From: an uncultured Verrucomicrobiae bacterium
GTDB lineage: Bacteria; Verrucomicrobiota; Verrucomicrobiia; Chthoniobacterales; JAFAMB01
Assembly (NCBI GenBank): GCA_963837955.1
Contig: CAWIPH010000002.1
Location: forward strand, 3,104,001-3,168,000
Reading direction: 5' to 3'
Length of the DNA: 64,000 nucleotides
Shown here piece after piece: positions 9,651-20,358 of the stretch (its first letter is position 1; the number at the start of each line of letters is the position of its first letter). A model generated the notes under the pieces. That model saw only the letters and a list, made by a program, of their open reading frames with translations, did no database searches and was not told the DNA's origin. Position numbers and translations under genes: made by a program.

Positions 9651-10450
9651 ACCGTTCGCATCGAGGCGGACGTTTGAGGCCAGATTCGGGCGGTACCTTC
9701 TTTTACCAAAATTTGGCGCAGGAATTCTTTGGTGTATGGAGCGGGTGAGCCTTGTGGTACCGCCTCATTTGCGCGTTCTGGGAATAGCTCAGATAACAGG
9801 CGATTCAGCGAGGGCTGGTCATCCACGTCGTACCAAGCAGGCAGTGTGATGGCCGGCCGGCTGATCTCCTTCGATCTTTCGACGGTCTCGCCATAAACCC
9901 GGTCCGTGTTCCAGGTAATGTCTTCAAAAAGCCTTGCGTGCGCGTGCCGCAGCCCTAAGGCGTAATAGCCTCCATCCAAGCTGGGTCCGATGACTATTCG
10001 ATCCTTGGGCTCTTTGAGAAAAGTTGCCAAGTCTTGCAAGTAATGAAACGGAAGGGTGGGACTATCGGAGTTCACCAAGCAGACCGCGGAAAATCCGACG
10101 GAAAATAGATCTTCGGTTGCGCCTAATAGCCGAGTGCCAAAATCGGCTTCACGCTGAGCGATCATTTTGAATCCTGGTGGCAAAAGCTCCCCAAGATCAC
10201 CCTCGGACCCAACCGGCGTGTAAATCGCGACACCCACCACGAAAGGATCTGCGTGGCTCAAGGCCTCGATCCCCGCGCTTGTATCTTTTAGAAAACGACG
10301 ACTGATACTTGCCGCTTCCTCTAGTGAAAACGGTGGAGAAAGGCGGGTTTTCGAAAAGCCGTTTCGGGGCGTCTTGATCATAACGCCCATCGCGCATTTG
10401 TCCGTTACAGCGGGATTTCGGCGGGCAGAAGTCAATACCTCAGGTTTCAT
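9647..10450 (-). CDS. DUF2064 / CofC-like GT-A transferase (TIGR04282-type)
   Basis: KTP...KTRL, NSDSPTL, IGPSLDGGYYALG, WYDVD motifs. Confidence 0.85.
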   Translation of the reverse strand: MKPEVLTSARRNPAVTDKCAMGVMIKTPRNGFSKTRLSPPFSLEEAASISRRFLKDTSAGIEALSHADPFVVGVAIYTPVGSEGDLGELLPPGFKMIAQREADFGTRLLGATEDLFSVGFSAVCLVNSDSPTLPFHYLQDLATFLKEPKDRIVIGPSLDGGYYALGLRHAHARLFEDITWNTDRVYGETVERSKEISRPAITLPAWYDVDDQPSLNRLLSELFPERANEAVPQGSPAPYTKEFLRQILVKEGTARIWPQTSASMRTV

Positions 10451-11028
10451 CGTGTGGGTAGATGTAAAACGTGTCTCGGTGTACTTGCGACGCCGCTGCC
10501 CAGTATTTTCTTTGAGAGCGACTTTGAGGGTTCGCTATTCCGGAATCCTCATTCTTTCGGAAAAAACGTCGACATGATGGCGGGTCCCTTCGTCGATTGC
10601 AAGAGGTCCATCTCGAGCATCTTCAATTCATCCGGCACTGCCTCTCGCTGGATATGAGGTTGGAGGAAATTTGGAACATGCTCAGATTCCGCGATGCGCC
10701 AAACAAAAATTGCAGCAATGTGAAGCTTTGCTTGATGAGCAGATGAAGCACCTGGCTAATCGAATCAAAGAGTGGAGATCGTCACAGAAGAACTTGAGAG
10801 GATTGCGGAATCTATTTCAGCAAACGCGAACAACAAAAGATAGTAGGGTTATGCAATCGGTCGGAATCCTCGCAAAGAGTTCCTTCGGATCGTTCCATTT
10901 TGGGCGCCGCAATTGTCGGTTATACAGCAACGAGCGGCTGCTGCCGACGAGCCATTAGTCGTTCAGAATCCGATCCTCTCCATTCTTCAGGCGAAGCATC
11001 AACTCTGCATCCGGATCGGCTTCCATCC

Positions 11029-14000
11029 CTACTGTTTCACGCTCACCGGAATCTCAACCTGCCCTTCGCCGGCCGGACCTTTCCACGAAAGTTTCACCAC
11101 CCAGTCACCTCCCATCTGAGGTTGAAGCTTCACTCGATAAACTCCCGGCGTACTGGTTTTGGTCACGTCACTTCCCGAATTCATGACCATGCCCGGCATA
11201 TTCATCATGAGATCGGTCTTCACCTCACCGACATCTTTGGGTTGACCCTTAGCATCAGTGAACCGAACTAACACTTCGCTTTGTCCATTGTGCAGGTCGC
11301 CATAGATGCTGATCGTTAGGTCGCCGACTGTACGGGTGGCGATCGGTTCGCCCTGGACTTGAGCGGTAGTCGGGGAACGAGAGCTCCACCAGTTCCAAGC
11401 AGCGAATCCGCCAGCCATCAGAGCGGCCGCGACTAACGCGACGATCAGAAAGCGAAGCAGCCCTTTGAATGTCGTTGCTCGTCTTTGGCCGGTACTAATC
11501 AGCGGCCCACTCTCGACCTGGCCACCCGATGGTAGCTCACGTTTCCGCCAAATAACATAGATGACCGGGTAGAGCACGAGGTTCAGGATTGCTGAAGTGA
11601 TCACGCCGCCGATCATCGGTGTGGCGATGCGTTTCATCACATCCGCTCCCGCCTGTAGCGCTGGAGACCACATAATCGGCAGAAGGCCGAAGAGGATGGC
11701 GCAGACCGTCATCATCTTGGGTCGAATACGCTGGACCGCGCCCTCTTTCACGGCTTCGTAAAGATCGCCGATATGGTTCATTCGCCCCGCGAGACGGTAT
11801 TTGTCCCATGCCTGATCAAGATAAAGCAACATCACCACACCGGTTTCAGCGTCTAGACCAGCCAAAGCAATGAGCCCGACCCAAACCGCGACGCTCATGT
11901 TGTAACCAAGTAGGTAAAGCAACCAGAATGCTCCGACCAAAGAGAAAGGGACGGACAGTAGAACAATGAATGTTCGGGTGACCGAACTCGTGTTCATGTA
12001 AATGAGCACAAATATAATGAGCAAAGTGAACGGGATGAGGATCGACAAACGTTTCTCCGCTTCTTGCAGGTACTGAAACTGGCCTGCCCATTGGAGGTAA
12101 TAGCCGGGTGGAAACTTTACTTCCTGATCGATCTTTTGGCTCGCCGCGTTGACATATCCATTGATGTCGCTGCTGGTGATATCGACGAAGACAAATCCAA
12201 CTAATTGGCCGTTCTCGGTACGCACTTCGGGCGCGCCGGTGCGAAAATGGATATCGGCGAGGAGCGAGATCGGCACCTGATCTCCCGTCGGCGTGGCGAC
12301 CAGCACCCGCTTCAATTGATTGATGTCGTCGCGGAAATCACGAGCGTATCGAACACTGATCGGGTAACGTTCCCGTCCCTCGACGGTCATGCCAATGGTG
12401 TTTCCGCCGATGGCTGTTTCAACGATCTGGTTGACATCGTCGATACGTAGTCCGTATCGGGCCGCGGCTTGACGGTTTGGCGTAAAATCGAGGAAGTAAC
12501 CGCCGGTGGTACGCTCGGCGAATGCGCTGCGAGTGTTCGGAAAATTCGAGAGAGCTTTCTCAATGGCTATCGCGACGTTCTGAATCCCCTTCAAATCCGG
12601 ACCAAAAACCTTGATCCCCAGAACCGAACGGAATCCAGTGGTCAACATTTCCGTTCGCGTTTGGATTGGCATCCAGAAGATCTGAGCCATCCCCGGTGTC
12701 TTACTGACCTCATTCATCTGGGCGATCAGTTTCTCCCAGGTCATTCCAGGTCGCCATTGGTCCGGCGGCTTTAGTTGCAAGACCGTCTCGAACATGGACA
12801 AGGGTGCCGGGTCGGTCGGAGTGTCTGCTTCGCCGGCTTTGCCGAAAACGCTTTCTACCTCAGGAAATTTCCGAAGAATGCGATCCTGGATCTGCAAGAT
12901 TTTGGTGGCCTCCGTAACTGACATTCCAGGGATCGCAGTTGGCATGTAGAGGAGCGTTCCTTCGTTCAATGGAGGCATGAACTCCTTCCCCAGCCGACTG
13001 AAAGGAATATAAGTCAGGGCGAGCACCACGAGCGCCAGCAAGAGCGTCAACCAGCGGAATCGGAGAGCAAAGTTGACGAATGGCTGGTACGCCCAGATTA
13101 AGAAGCGATTAATCGGGTTTTTAGTTTCGGGTGTGATCTTTCCCCGGATGAGCCAGGCCATTAGCACCGGCACCAGGACTATTCCTAGAGATGGAGGCAA
13201 AGAACATCGAAAATGTTTTCGTGAACGCCAACGGGCGAAACAATCGTCCTTCCTGCGCCCCTAGCGAGAAAACCGGTACGAAACTAACGGTGATTACCAG
13301 AAGAGAATAGAACAGCGGCCGCCCGACGCTCTTGGCCGCCGACAGAATGACTTCGAAGCGTTCCCGGCCACGGGCATCGTGTCCCTTCTCGTCACGAAAA
13401 TGTTCCAGTGCCTTGTGCGCGTTCTCGACCATAATGATCGCCGCATCAATCATTGCACCAATCGCAATGGCGATTCCGCCGAGCGACATGATGTTGGAAG
13501 TTTGCCCCAACCAGAGCATCGGTACGAACGACAGAATGATTGCTATCGGGAGCGTGATAATGGCCACCAAAGCGGAACGGATGTGCCAAAGGAAGAGAAT
13601 CGATACCAGGGCTACGACAATGCTTTCTTCGAGCAGCTTTTCTCGCAGCGTGTCGATGGCGTTGTGAATCAGGGTGCTGCGATCGTAAACCGGAACGATC
13701 TGAACACCTTCCGGGAGCGCCTTCTTGATCTCCTCGAACTTCTTTTTTACCCCATCAATGACCTTGAGAGCATTCTCGCCGTAGCGCATCACCACGATGC
13801 CGCCAACGGTTTCCCCCTCCCCATTCAGTTCCGCAACTCCTCGCCGAAGGTCCGGTCCAAGATGCACGTTGCCCACCTGCTTCAGATAGACCGGAGTGCC
13901 ATTCTGAACCTTCAGGACGATGTTGTCGAAATCGTCCAAACTTTTGATGTAACCGCGACCTCGGACAAAGAATTCGGTCGTCGAGACTTCGAACGTTTTG

Positions 14001-14695
14001 CCGCCGACATCCTGATTGCTCATCCGAATCGCATTGACGACGTCGCCGATTGGGATGTTGTAAGCGAGAAGCTTATTCGGATCGAGGTCGACCTGGTATT
14101 GTTTGACAAAGCCGCCGACCGGCGCAACCTCGGCAACACCTTCCACCGATTCCAGCGCGTACCGGATATTCCAATCTTGGAGCGAACGTAACTGCGCCAG
14201 ATCATGTTTGCCGCTCTTGTCGATGAGCGCGTACTCGTAGACCCAACCAACTCCGGTGGCATCCGGTCCGATAACCGGATTGACGCCCTCCGGTAAAGAT
14301 CCGCGAACCGAGTTTAGATATTCAATCACTCGGGACCTGGCCCAGTAAATATCCGTGCCATCCTGAAAGATGACGTAAACAAAGGACTTACCGAACATCG
14401 ATTCGCCCCGGACAAACTTGACCTTCGGCGCCGCGATAAATTTGGTCGAGATGGGATAGGTAATCTGATCTTCAACCAGGTCAGGCGAACGACCTTCCCA
14501 ATCGGCGTAGACAATGACCTGAACGTCACTCAGGTCGGGGATCGCATCGAGCGGTGTCTGGTATAAAGCATAAATCCCACCGGCAATCCCGAGTATCACG
14601 AACACAACGACCAAGAATGGATTGCGTGCGCTCGCATCGATAATCCGCTCGATGATGGTTTCCGGGCGCTTTCCCGGCGCTAAAGGTTCGGCCAT
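11029..14695 (-). pseudogene. cusA: CusA/CzcA heavy-metal RND permease with C-terminal YtkA-like domain, split by a +1 frameshift near 13189
   Basis: ORFs 13121-14695 (DAIPDLSDVQV, GPDATGVGW) and 11029-13200 (EFMPPLNEG, RIRPKMMT) join as FASI-LGIVLVP if one T is removed; real lesion or sequencing error. Confidence 0.88.
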
Positions 14696-14700
14696 GGCAT

Positions 14701-17700
14701 CTACCTTTCGGCCCGGAGCGTCTCCTGCACCGTGCCGCAGGTCGGCATGTCAGGTCCCAGAAAAGGATTCTTTACCTGAGTCGAATCTTGCAACCACATC
14801 GCAGGCGATTTTTTCCACATTGGACACCTGATGGTGTAAAGCGGATCATCCAGCTGCGGCATGAAATCCTTTAGAAAAGCAATCAGATCCGCACTGAATT
14901 GGCCGAATTCGATGCGAGCCTGATCGATGTCGTTGGGAGTGAACTGGTCGGCGCTGCCATGGAGCTTATCGACCAAATCCTTGTAGCGCTCGGGCTTAGA
15001 CGGAGGATCGATATCCAGCAGCGGGTGGACCTGTTTTCGCAGCGTCTCGGCCTCAGCGGCAACCTGCAAAAACTTGTTTTCGGCCAGGAGTTCATGAAGT
15101 CTCTTGTAGGAATCCAGCACCGGTTTGATTGCGGCCTTGAAGTTCGAGTTTGAAGATTGATTGGGTGGCTTTTCGGTCATCGCGGGAGTGCCGGACGGCT
15201 CCTCTCCTTCCCAATCTTTGAGCGCCCCTTGCACTTGAGATTCCGCGTCGATCAGGAAGTTTGCGCTCGCGACTATACGGTCACCTTCCTGCAGTCCATT
15301 AACTACCTGGTAATAACTCTCCTGTTGTTGACCATCGAAGGTGGTAAACGAGCGGCCGACTTGAACATAGCGCGGCAGCAATTTTCCCTGACCCCGATCC
15401 AGAAAGACCAGCATCCGCTCGCCCGTCGGCAACGCCGCTTGCACCGGAATCGTTAACCCTTCTCCCCCATTGATCTTCACCTGAACGTTTGCGTACATGC
15501 CTGGACGCAACTGAGCCTTGGCATTCGGTATATCGATTCGGACGCGAGCTGTCCGCTTGGCGGCGTCAATAACCGGATTGATGACCGCAATCTGACCCTG
15601 GAAGGTCTGGTTAGGAAAGGCGGGCAAACTCACATCGATCTGCTGCCCTTGCTTTAAGAGGCCAATCTCGTTTTCGTAAAACTCAGCCCAAACCCAGAGA
15701 TTGGAAAGATCGAGGACACTTACCAGTTTGTCACCCATCTTCAGATTCATTCCCGGACGGCTCATCACTTCACCTACCACTCCGTCGAACGGCGACCGGA
15801 GGATCAGTTGGTCGGACGGCTTTCGGCTTTTTTCGAGTTCAGCAATTTCCTGATCACTCACATTCCAAAGCTTGAGCCGCCGCTTGGCAGCCTCGATCAG
15901 TTGATCATTGGAAACCCGGCTGGTACCGCTGCGATCGCGATCATTTAAGAGATTGACTAACTCCTGCTCCGTACTGCGCAGGTCAGGGCTATAGATCGTT
16001 ATCAAGGGCTGGCCTTGCGATACGAGTTCCCCCGGTGAGCTGACTTTCAATTCCTGTACGTAACCATCGACGCGGGATACATAGTCAAACATCTTTGATG
16101 TATCCGATTCCAGCATGCCAACGGAACGGATCGACAGCTGGATCGGTCGCTTGGTTACCGTGGCATACGTCACCCCAATCTGCTGTTGCCGTTCGACGGG
16201 AACGGAAAACTCGCTTGATTTGCCGGCCTCCTGATTCGGAGAGGGCATCGGCATCGAGCCCATGGAACTCGAGCCGCTATCGGTCATCCCGCCGGAATTC
16301 TCTTTTACTTTGGTTTCATTCGCGCCCTTCTTTTTCACCGGTACCAGATCCATGGAGCAAATTGGACATTTGCCCGGATCCTTGGAATGGACCGACGGAT
16401 GCATCGTACAGGTGTAGTAATCGACGTCAGTATCTGCAGCCGTTTTGTCAGCTGGTTTGGAGCAACTGCTCAATACCAAGGGTACGAGCAAGCCGATGCT
16501 CAGGAGCATTAGTATTGAGTAAAAACGGATTTTCATTTTCTGCCGCGGTTTTGAGCTATGCGAGCTCTGATCTCTCACGTTCAAATCTGTGCCGACCAGT
16601 GATTCTAACTCGGCAATTGCGACCCGATAATCGGTCAGATCCTGGTTATACATGGTTTCCAGTTCTCGCAGGTTGTTCTCGGAAGTAAGCACCTGAATCA
16701 GAGTGGCCTTATCCGTCTCGTAATCGGCTTGGTACGAAGACACGGTCTGACGCGCGCGCGGCAGTAACTGATCCCGGTAGAGTTCGATGTGATGATGAAG
16801 GGTTACGATTTTTTCCAACTGATCTCGAAGCATGCCGAGCGCTTCGGTCTGTGCTCCCTCCAAAGTCTGTCGGGCCGCCAGAAAGTCGCTCTGAGCCTCG
16901 CCTTCACCCGCTCGATATTTCTTGCGGTTAAACCAGGGAAGATCGATCGACACTCCCGCATTAAGTTCGCTAATGGCCTGCCGGCCGGCGTTGTAATGCT
17001 GCGCCTGTAAACTTATAGAAGGGTCGGGAATCCATTCTCGCTTCGCCAACTCAACCTTGGCCGAAGCTCCTATCACCATAGACTGCGCCTGGCGAATCTC
17101 GGGGCGGTTTTCCAGGGTGAGCTGGCGTAAACGCTCTTGTGAAAGATCTTGTGGCAACGCCTCACCCAAAATCGGCCGACCCAACGGAGAAAATGGGTCT
17201 TGGTGCATCAGCACCTTCAATTTCGTTTGTTCATCTGAGAGTTTCTGTTCCAGGTCGCGGCGAGTTTCGATGATTTTCTGTCGCTCAACGTCGGCGGTTA
17301 AATAGTCTGCTTGTGATTGAGTACCGACCTCGAATTTCGCCTTGCTCGCATCCAAGGTCTGGGAAAGCGCGGCTTCTTCCTGTTCGTTGAGATTCAGAAG
17401 CAAATAAAAATTGGCCAGACGGAAATAGCTCGCCTTTGTCTTCGAGACCACGTCGAGCTGTTGACGCCGGAAATCCTCAAAGCTCGCGACAGCCTCCGCT
17501 GCAGCAATTCGCTCCTTGCTCCGGTTCTTGCCGGAGAAGGGAATCATCTGTTCGACCGTTATCATTTGATCGGCAAAACCGTTTCGCGAAATATCAACAA
17601 AACGGCCAAGCAGCGAATTCACACTCAGTTTCGGATCTTCCCAAGCAGCCGCCTGAGGTATCCTTTGTTTGGAAGATTCCCATTTGGCGCGGGCAGCCTT

Positions 17701-17850
17701 AATGGTTGGATTGTCCTGCAGGGCGGCCGTCACGGCATCGTTCAAAGTTAGTTGACCCGTTTTGGTCTGCCTGGCCTTGCTTATCGGCTCCTGAGCCAGG
17801 ACCGCTGCTGCAGGAGTAAGGACGCAAATCATAAGTACTCCAAGCTTCAT
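14701..17850 (-). CDS. TolC/CusC outer-membrane factor in frame with a CusB-type adaptor (heavy-metal-binding domain, DUF3347-like C-terminus)
   Basis: First ~438 aa are OEP-like; then MKIRFYSILMLLSIGLLVPLVLSSC signal at 16536, YTCTMHP...CPICSMDL, MFP motifs LRPGMYA, FLIDAES, and CPM...WLQ...NPF...CG. Confidence 0.85.
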   Translation of the reverse strand: MKLGVLMICVLTPAAAVLAQEPISKARQTKTGQLTLNDAVTAALQDNPTIKAARAKWESSKQRIPQAAAWEDPKLSVNSLLGRFVDISRNGFADQMITVEQMIPFSGKNRSKERIAAAEAVASFEDFRRQQLDVVSKTKASYFRLANFYLLLNLNEQEEAALSQTLDASKAKFEVGTQSQADYLTADVERQKIIETRRDLEQKLSDEQTKLKVLMHQDPFSPLGRPILGEALPQDLSQERLRQLTLENRPEIRQAQSMVIGASAKVELAKREWIPDPSISLQAQHYNAGRQAISELNAGVSIDLPWFNRKKYRAGEGEAQSDFLAARQTLEGAQTEALGMLRDQLEKIVTLHHHIELYRDQLLPRARQTVSSYQADYETDKATLIQVLTSENNLRELETMYNQDLTDYRVAIAELESLVGTDLNVRDQSSHSSKPRQKMKIRFYSILMLLSIGLLVPLVLSSCSKPADKTAADTDVDYYTCTMHPSVHSKDPGKCPICSMDLVPVKKKGANETKVKENSGGMTDSGSSSMGSMPMPSPNQEAGKSSEFSVPVERQQQIGVTYATVTKRPIQLSIRSVGMLESDTSKMFDYVSRVDGYVQELKVSSPGELVSQGQPLITIYSPDLRSTEQELVNLLNDRDRSGTSRVSNDQLIEAAKRRLKLWNVSDQEIAELEKSRKPSDQLILRSPFDGVVGEVMSRPGMNLKMGDKLVSVLDLSNLWVWAEFYENEIGLLKQGQQIDVSLPAFPNQTFQGQIAVINPVIDAAKRTARVRIDIPNAKAQLRPGMYANVQVKINGGEGLTIPVQAALPTGERMLVFLDRGQGKLLPRYVQVGRSFTTFDGQQQESYYQVVNGLQEGDRIVASANFLIDAESQVQGALKDWEGEEPSGTPAMTEKPPNQSSNSNFKAAIKPVLDSYKRLHELLAENKFLQVAAEAETLRKQVHPLLDIDPPSKPERYKDLVDKLHGSADQFTPNDIDQARIEFGQFSADLIAFLKDFMPQLDDPLYTIRCPMWKKSPAMWLQDSTQVKNPFLGPDMPTCGTVQETLRAER

Positions 17851-17881
17851 GGACTTAAGTTTGAGAAGGTCGCTTGCTTCC

Positions 17882-18406
17882 CTATTCCGTTGCAGCCCTA
17901 ATTGCGGTATCGCTGGATAACGCCGGTTGGATTACTCGTGATTTCATCAAACGGAGATAACGCTGACCATCAGCGGGATTCATTTGTGCACTTACCCGGT
18001 AAATATGTGCCAACATCTGTTGATGACAGTCTTCCTGAACCAAACCTGCCTCCTTGATTGCTGCTTGCACGTCTGGAGTCAGCTCACTGTTTTCTGATAC
18101 AAGCCGATCGAGCTTCGAGTTAGCTTCCATGATCCGACGACACATTTCGTTGCAGACTGGCGCATACTCTGACTGCAGGGTTTCAATCTTTTGGAATTGC
18201 GCGTCACTCAGATGAAATTCCCGCCGTAACCACTCCAACCCTCCATCGGGAGCTTTCGCGATTTCACGAAGATCGCGGGTGCCAAAGAAGTTAACCCCAC
18301 AAAAAGCAATCACACCTGCGGCAAGCGCCCCGATCAGGGTGAAAAGCAGCCAATAGCTGATGCTAGTACGTTCGGAGATGCTCGTAGGGATCGACGGATT
18401 GGACAT
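17882..18406 (-). CDS. Periplasmic heavy-metal sensor (CnrX/Spy-CpxP-like)
   Basis: One TM, WLRREFHLSDAQF helix pattern, Cys/Met/His residues CNEMC and CHQQMLAH; start uncertain. Confidence 0.7.
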   Translation of the reverse strand: MSNPSIPTSISERTSISYWLLFTLIGALAAGVIAFCGVNFFGTRDLREIAKAPDGGLEWLRREFHLSDAQFQKIETLQSEYAPVCNEMCRRIMEANSKLDRLVSENSELTPDVQAAIKEAGLVQEDCHQQMLAHIYRVSAQMNPADGQRYLRLMKSRVIQPALSSDTAIRAATE

Positions 18407-18677
18407 ATTTTGCTTCTAAGTTTTTCCAATTTCTTGAGTTCGCCTGAGATGACTCGATGAGTCCGAACCCGGTACCTGCCAAACCTCCTAAAATAATGGC
18501 GCAGGTCGCAAGCTGCGGGGCCCGTAGCCACGAAATGTTCCAATTGCCGAACAACGGCAATCTCGGCTTTGATTCGCGAACCGCTATCTTCTGCCAAACA
18601 TTACGCTGAAAATCGGGGGGGATTTCTGGTCGAACCTCCCACGAGGCCAGCTTCTGCCTGAGCTGATCATCATCCAT
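18363..18677 (-). CDS. Putative membrane anti-sigma factor
   Basis: MDDDQLRQKLASW...FQRNVWQKI anti-sigma-like N-terminus plus one TM; near ECF sigma and sensor. Confidence 0.65.
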   Translation of the reverse strand: MDDDQLRQKLASWEVRPEIPPDFQRNVWQKIAVRESKPRLPLFGNWNISWLRAPQLATCAIILGGLAGTGFGLIESSQANSRNWKNLEAKYVQSVDPYEHLRTY

Positions 18678-18683
18678 ACGTTG

Positions 18684-18713
18684 GGTAAAACACAGAGTTC
18701 AGAGAAAACCCTC
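18684..18713 (-). promoter_or_regulatory. Putative ECF sigma promoter GAGGGTTTT-N13-GTTTTACC
   Basis: Same bipartite motif and spacing as 20291-20320; ends 6 nt before the ATG at 18677. Confidence 0.65.
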
Positions 18714-18803
18714 TGCCTTTTTTTGGTCGAGATGCAGCTGCTGCGGAAACCTTATCAGTAAGACAGGACGCCCAGGGTTGATGTCCGTTACTTCAAGAGC
18801 ATC

Positions 18804-19144
18804 GTCCCGACTTGTCCGCCGTAGCCCGGAGGCCGCGCCACAGCAAAGTGAAGGAGAGGCGAAGGAGGAAGGTGCCCAATGAAAGTAGCCCGGTACGAAG
18901 TGCCGGGTAAGCTTCTTTTAAAAGTGATACGTCCCGCGAGGGACGATCGATGACCGCTAGGGATCGCGAAATCACTATCGGGGCGAAGAGCCGAACGTTT
19001 TCGATCGTCCCTCGCGGGACGGGCGCGTTTACCATCCATCTCCCGGCACTTCGTACCGGGCTACTATCGAATGTCCCTTCCTCCTTCGCCTCGCCGTCGC
19101 TTTGCTATAGCGCAGCCTGCAGGCTACGGCGGACAAGGCGGGAC
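18804..19144. repeat. Nested long palindromic REP/MITE-like element
   Basis: Outer arms TGTCCGCCGTAGCC...GGCGAAGGAGGAAGG, middle arms TAGCCCGGTACGAAGTGCCGGG, inner arms GTCCCGCGAGGGACGATCGA, each with its reverse complement. Confidence 0.85.
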
Positions 19145-19244
19145 TAGCTCTAGGGCCCGAACAAATCTCCTAGAGGCTGCTCAAGCTCAAGCGACCGCTA
19201 GTTAGGGCACCGTTGCTTCTTCCGAGATCCTTCGACCCGAGCCT

Positions 19245-20096
19245 TTATTTCGAATTCTCGAGGATAACCCTATCCCCAGGGCCGTCGATCGTTAAACGAA
19301 ATTTTGAGAGTAGACTATTACCGAGCAAACCACCTTCGCCCGAAAAAATCGGTTCCTCATGAATAACCGCTGGAATTGTGAAGTGCTGTTTTCCAATCTG
19401 CACCGCGGTCGGAATGGATTTCCTATAGGTACGTGATAGACCAATAGAGGTAGGCGCAATCGCCCGTTTTCCTGACCCACTAACGACCCACTCCAAAGCT
19501 GAATCGGAGCCCGTGTCGAGCCTCATCCATTGGGCCGGATTTCCGGCAACTCGCACTGGGACACAGACCGCGTCGTTGCACATTTTGATCGGTAATACTT
19601 CGCAATTTGCGAGGTTCACGTCGCAATTGTCGAGCACCCGGACTCTGCCCGCCTTGAAATCGATTTGCACCACACGGTTCCGGAAAAAGTCGGCGCCCAA
19701 AATTCCGTCAACGGGCTGCCGACAGCATTCACTAATAGTTCGAAGGTCGATTGCCAGAACCGACGTTGGCAGATCGATACCGTCGGATACAGCATGCAAA
19801 TCGTCCACCCGATAACCAAAGCCTTGCCCACTTACTCCTTGCACTGTCTGCCGTTGTCCCAGCTTTAGACGCAGAGAGCATGCCGTCTGGAGGTCCACGG
19901 CGCTAACACCAGCGCCCGAATCCAATAGAAAGTTTAATGCCTTACTCTTCCCGGCGACTTCTACTTTCAGCCAAATTAAGCCGTCGTGAAACTGGAAAGG
20001 AATTTCGCGCAAAACCTTGGATTGAGCAGATAGCGGCAAGGATAGTGCCGCAACCAGAACACAGACGAGCAAGCGCATCTGGTATCCCGTAAGCAA
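19245..20096 (-). CDS. Secreted two-domain retropepsin-like aspartyl protease
   Basis: Signal peptide; FLLDSGA and RLDTGS catalytic motifs; GILGADFF and GLLGNSLL. Confidence 0.8.
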   Translation of the reverse strand: MLTGYQMRLLVCVLVAALSLPLSAQSKVLREIPFQFHDGLIWLKVEVAGKSKALNFLLDSGAGVSAVDLQTACSLRLKLGQRQTVQGVSGQGFGYRVDDLHAVSDGIDLPTSVLAIDLRTISECCRQPVDGILGADFFRNRVVQIDFKAGRVRVLDNCDVNLANCEVLPIKMCNDAVCVPVRVAGNPAQWMRLDTGSDSALEWVVSGSGKRAIAPTSIGLSRTYRKSIPTAVQIGKQHFTIPAVIHEEPIFSGEGGLLGNSLLSKFRLTIDGPGDRVILENSK

Positions 20097-20290
20097 GATC
20101 CATGCGATAACCGAAAACCGGGAGTTCTCCTCCCACGCGGTTTGATTTAGCAGAGCGAGAAGACCGCCGGCTGTTCACTATTTGCCACTGTCCATGGCTC
20201 AAAATAACCAACCCTAGGGAATTCGGTGTCAGGACAGGAACAAAAGTCCATGGGAACACCGCAGCCAAAGAGCTGACGCTGATTTTTTTT

Positions 20291-20320
20291 GAGGGTTTTG
20301 GCCGTTATCGAGGTTTTACC
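20291..20320 (+). promoter_or_regulatory. Putative ECF sigma promoter GAGGGTTTT-N13-GTTTTACC
   Basis: Matches the motif at 18684-18713 (minus strand); 38 nt upstream of ATG 20359. Confidence 0.65.
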
Positions 20321-20358
20321 TGTGAGCGCAAGCCGCGCTTAAATCACAAAACACACAA

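Noticed and set aside
10451..11028. Short ORFs between the GT operon and cusA
   Set aside because: No motifs, RBS or consistent coding signal.
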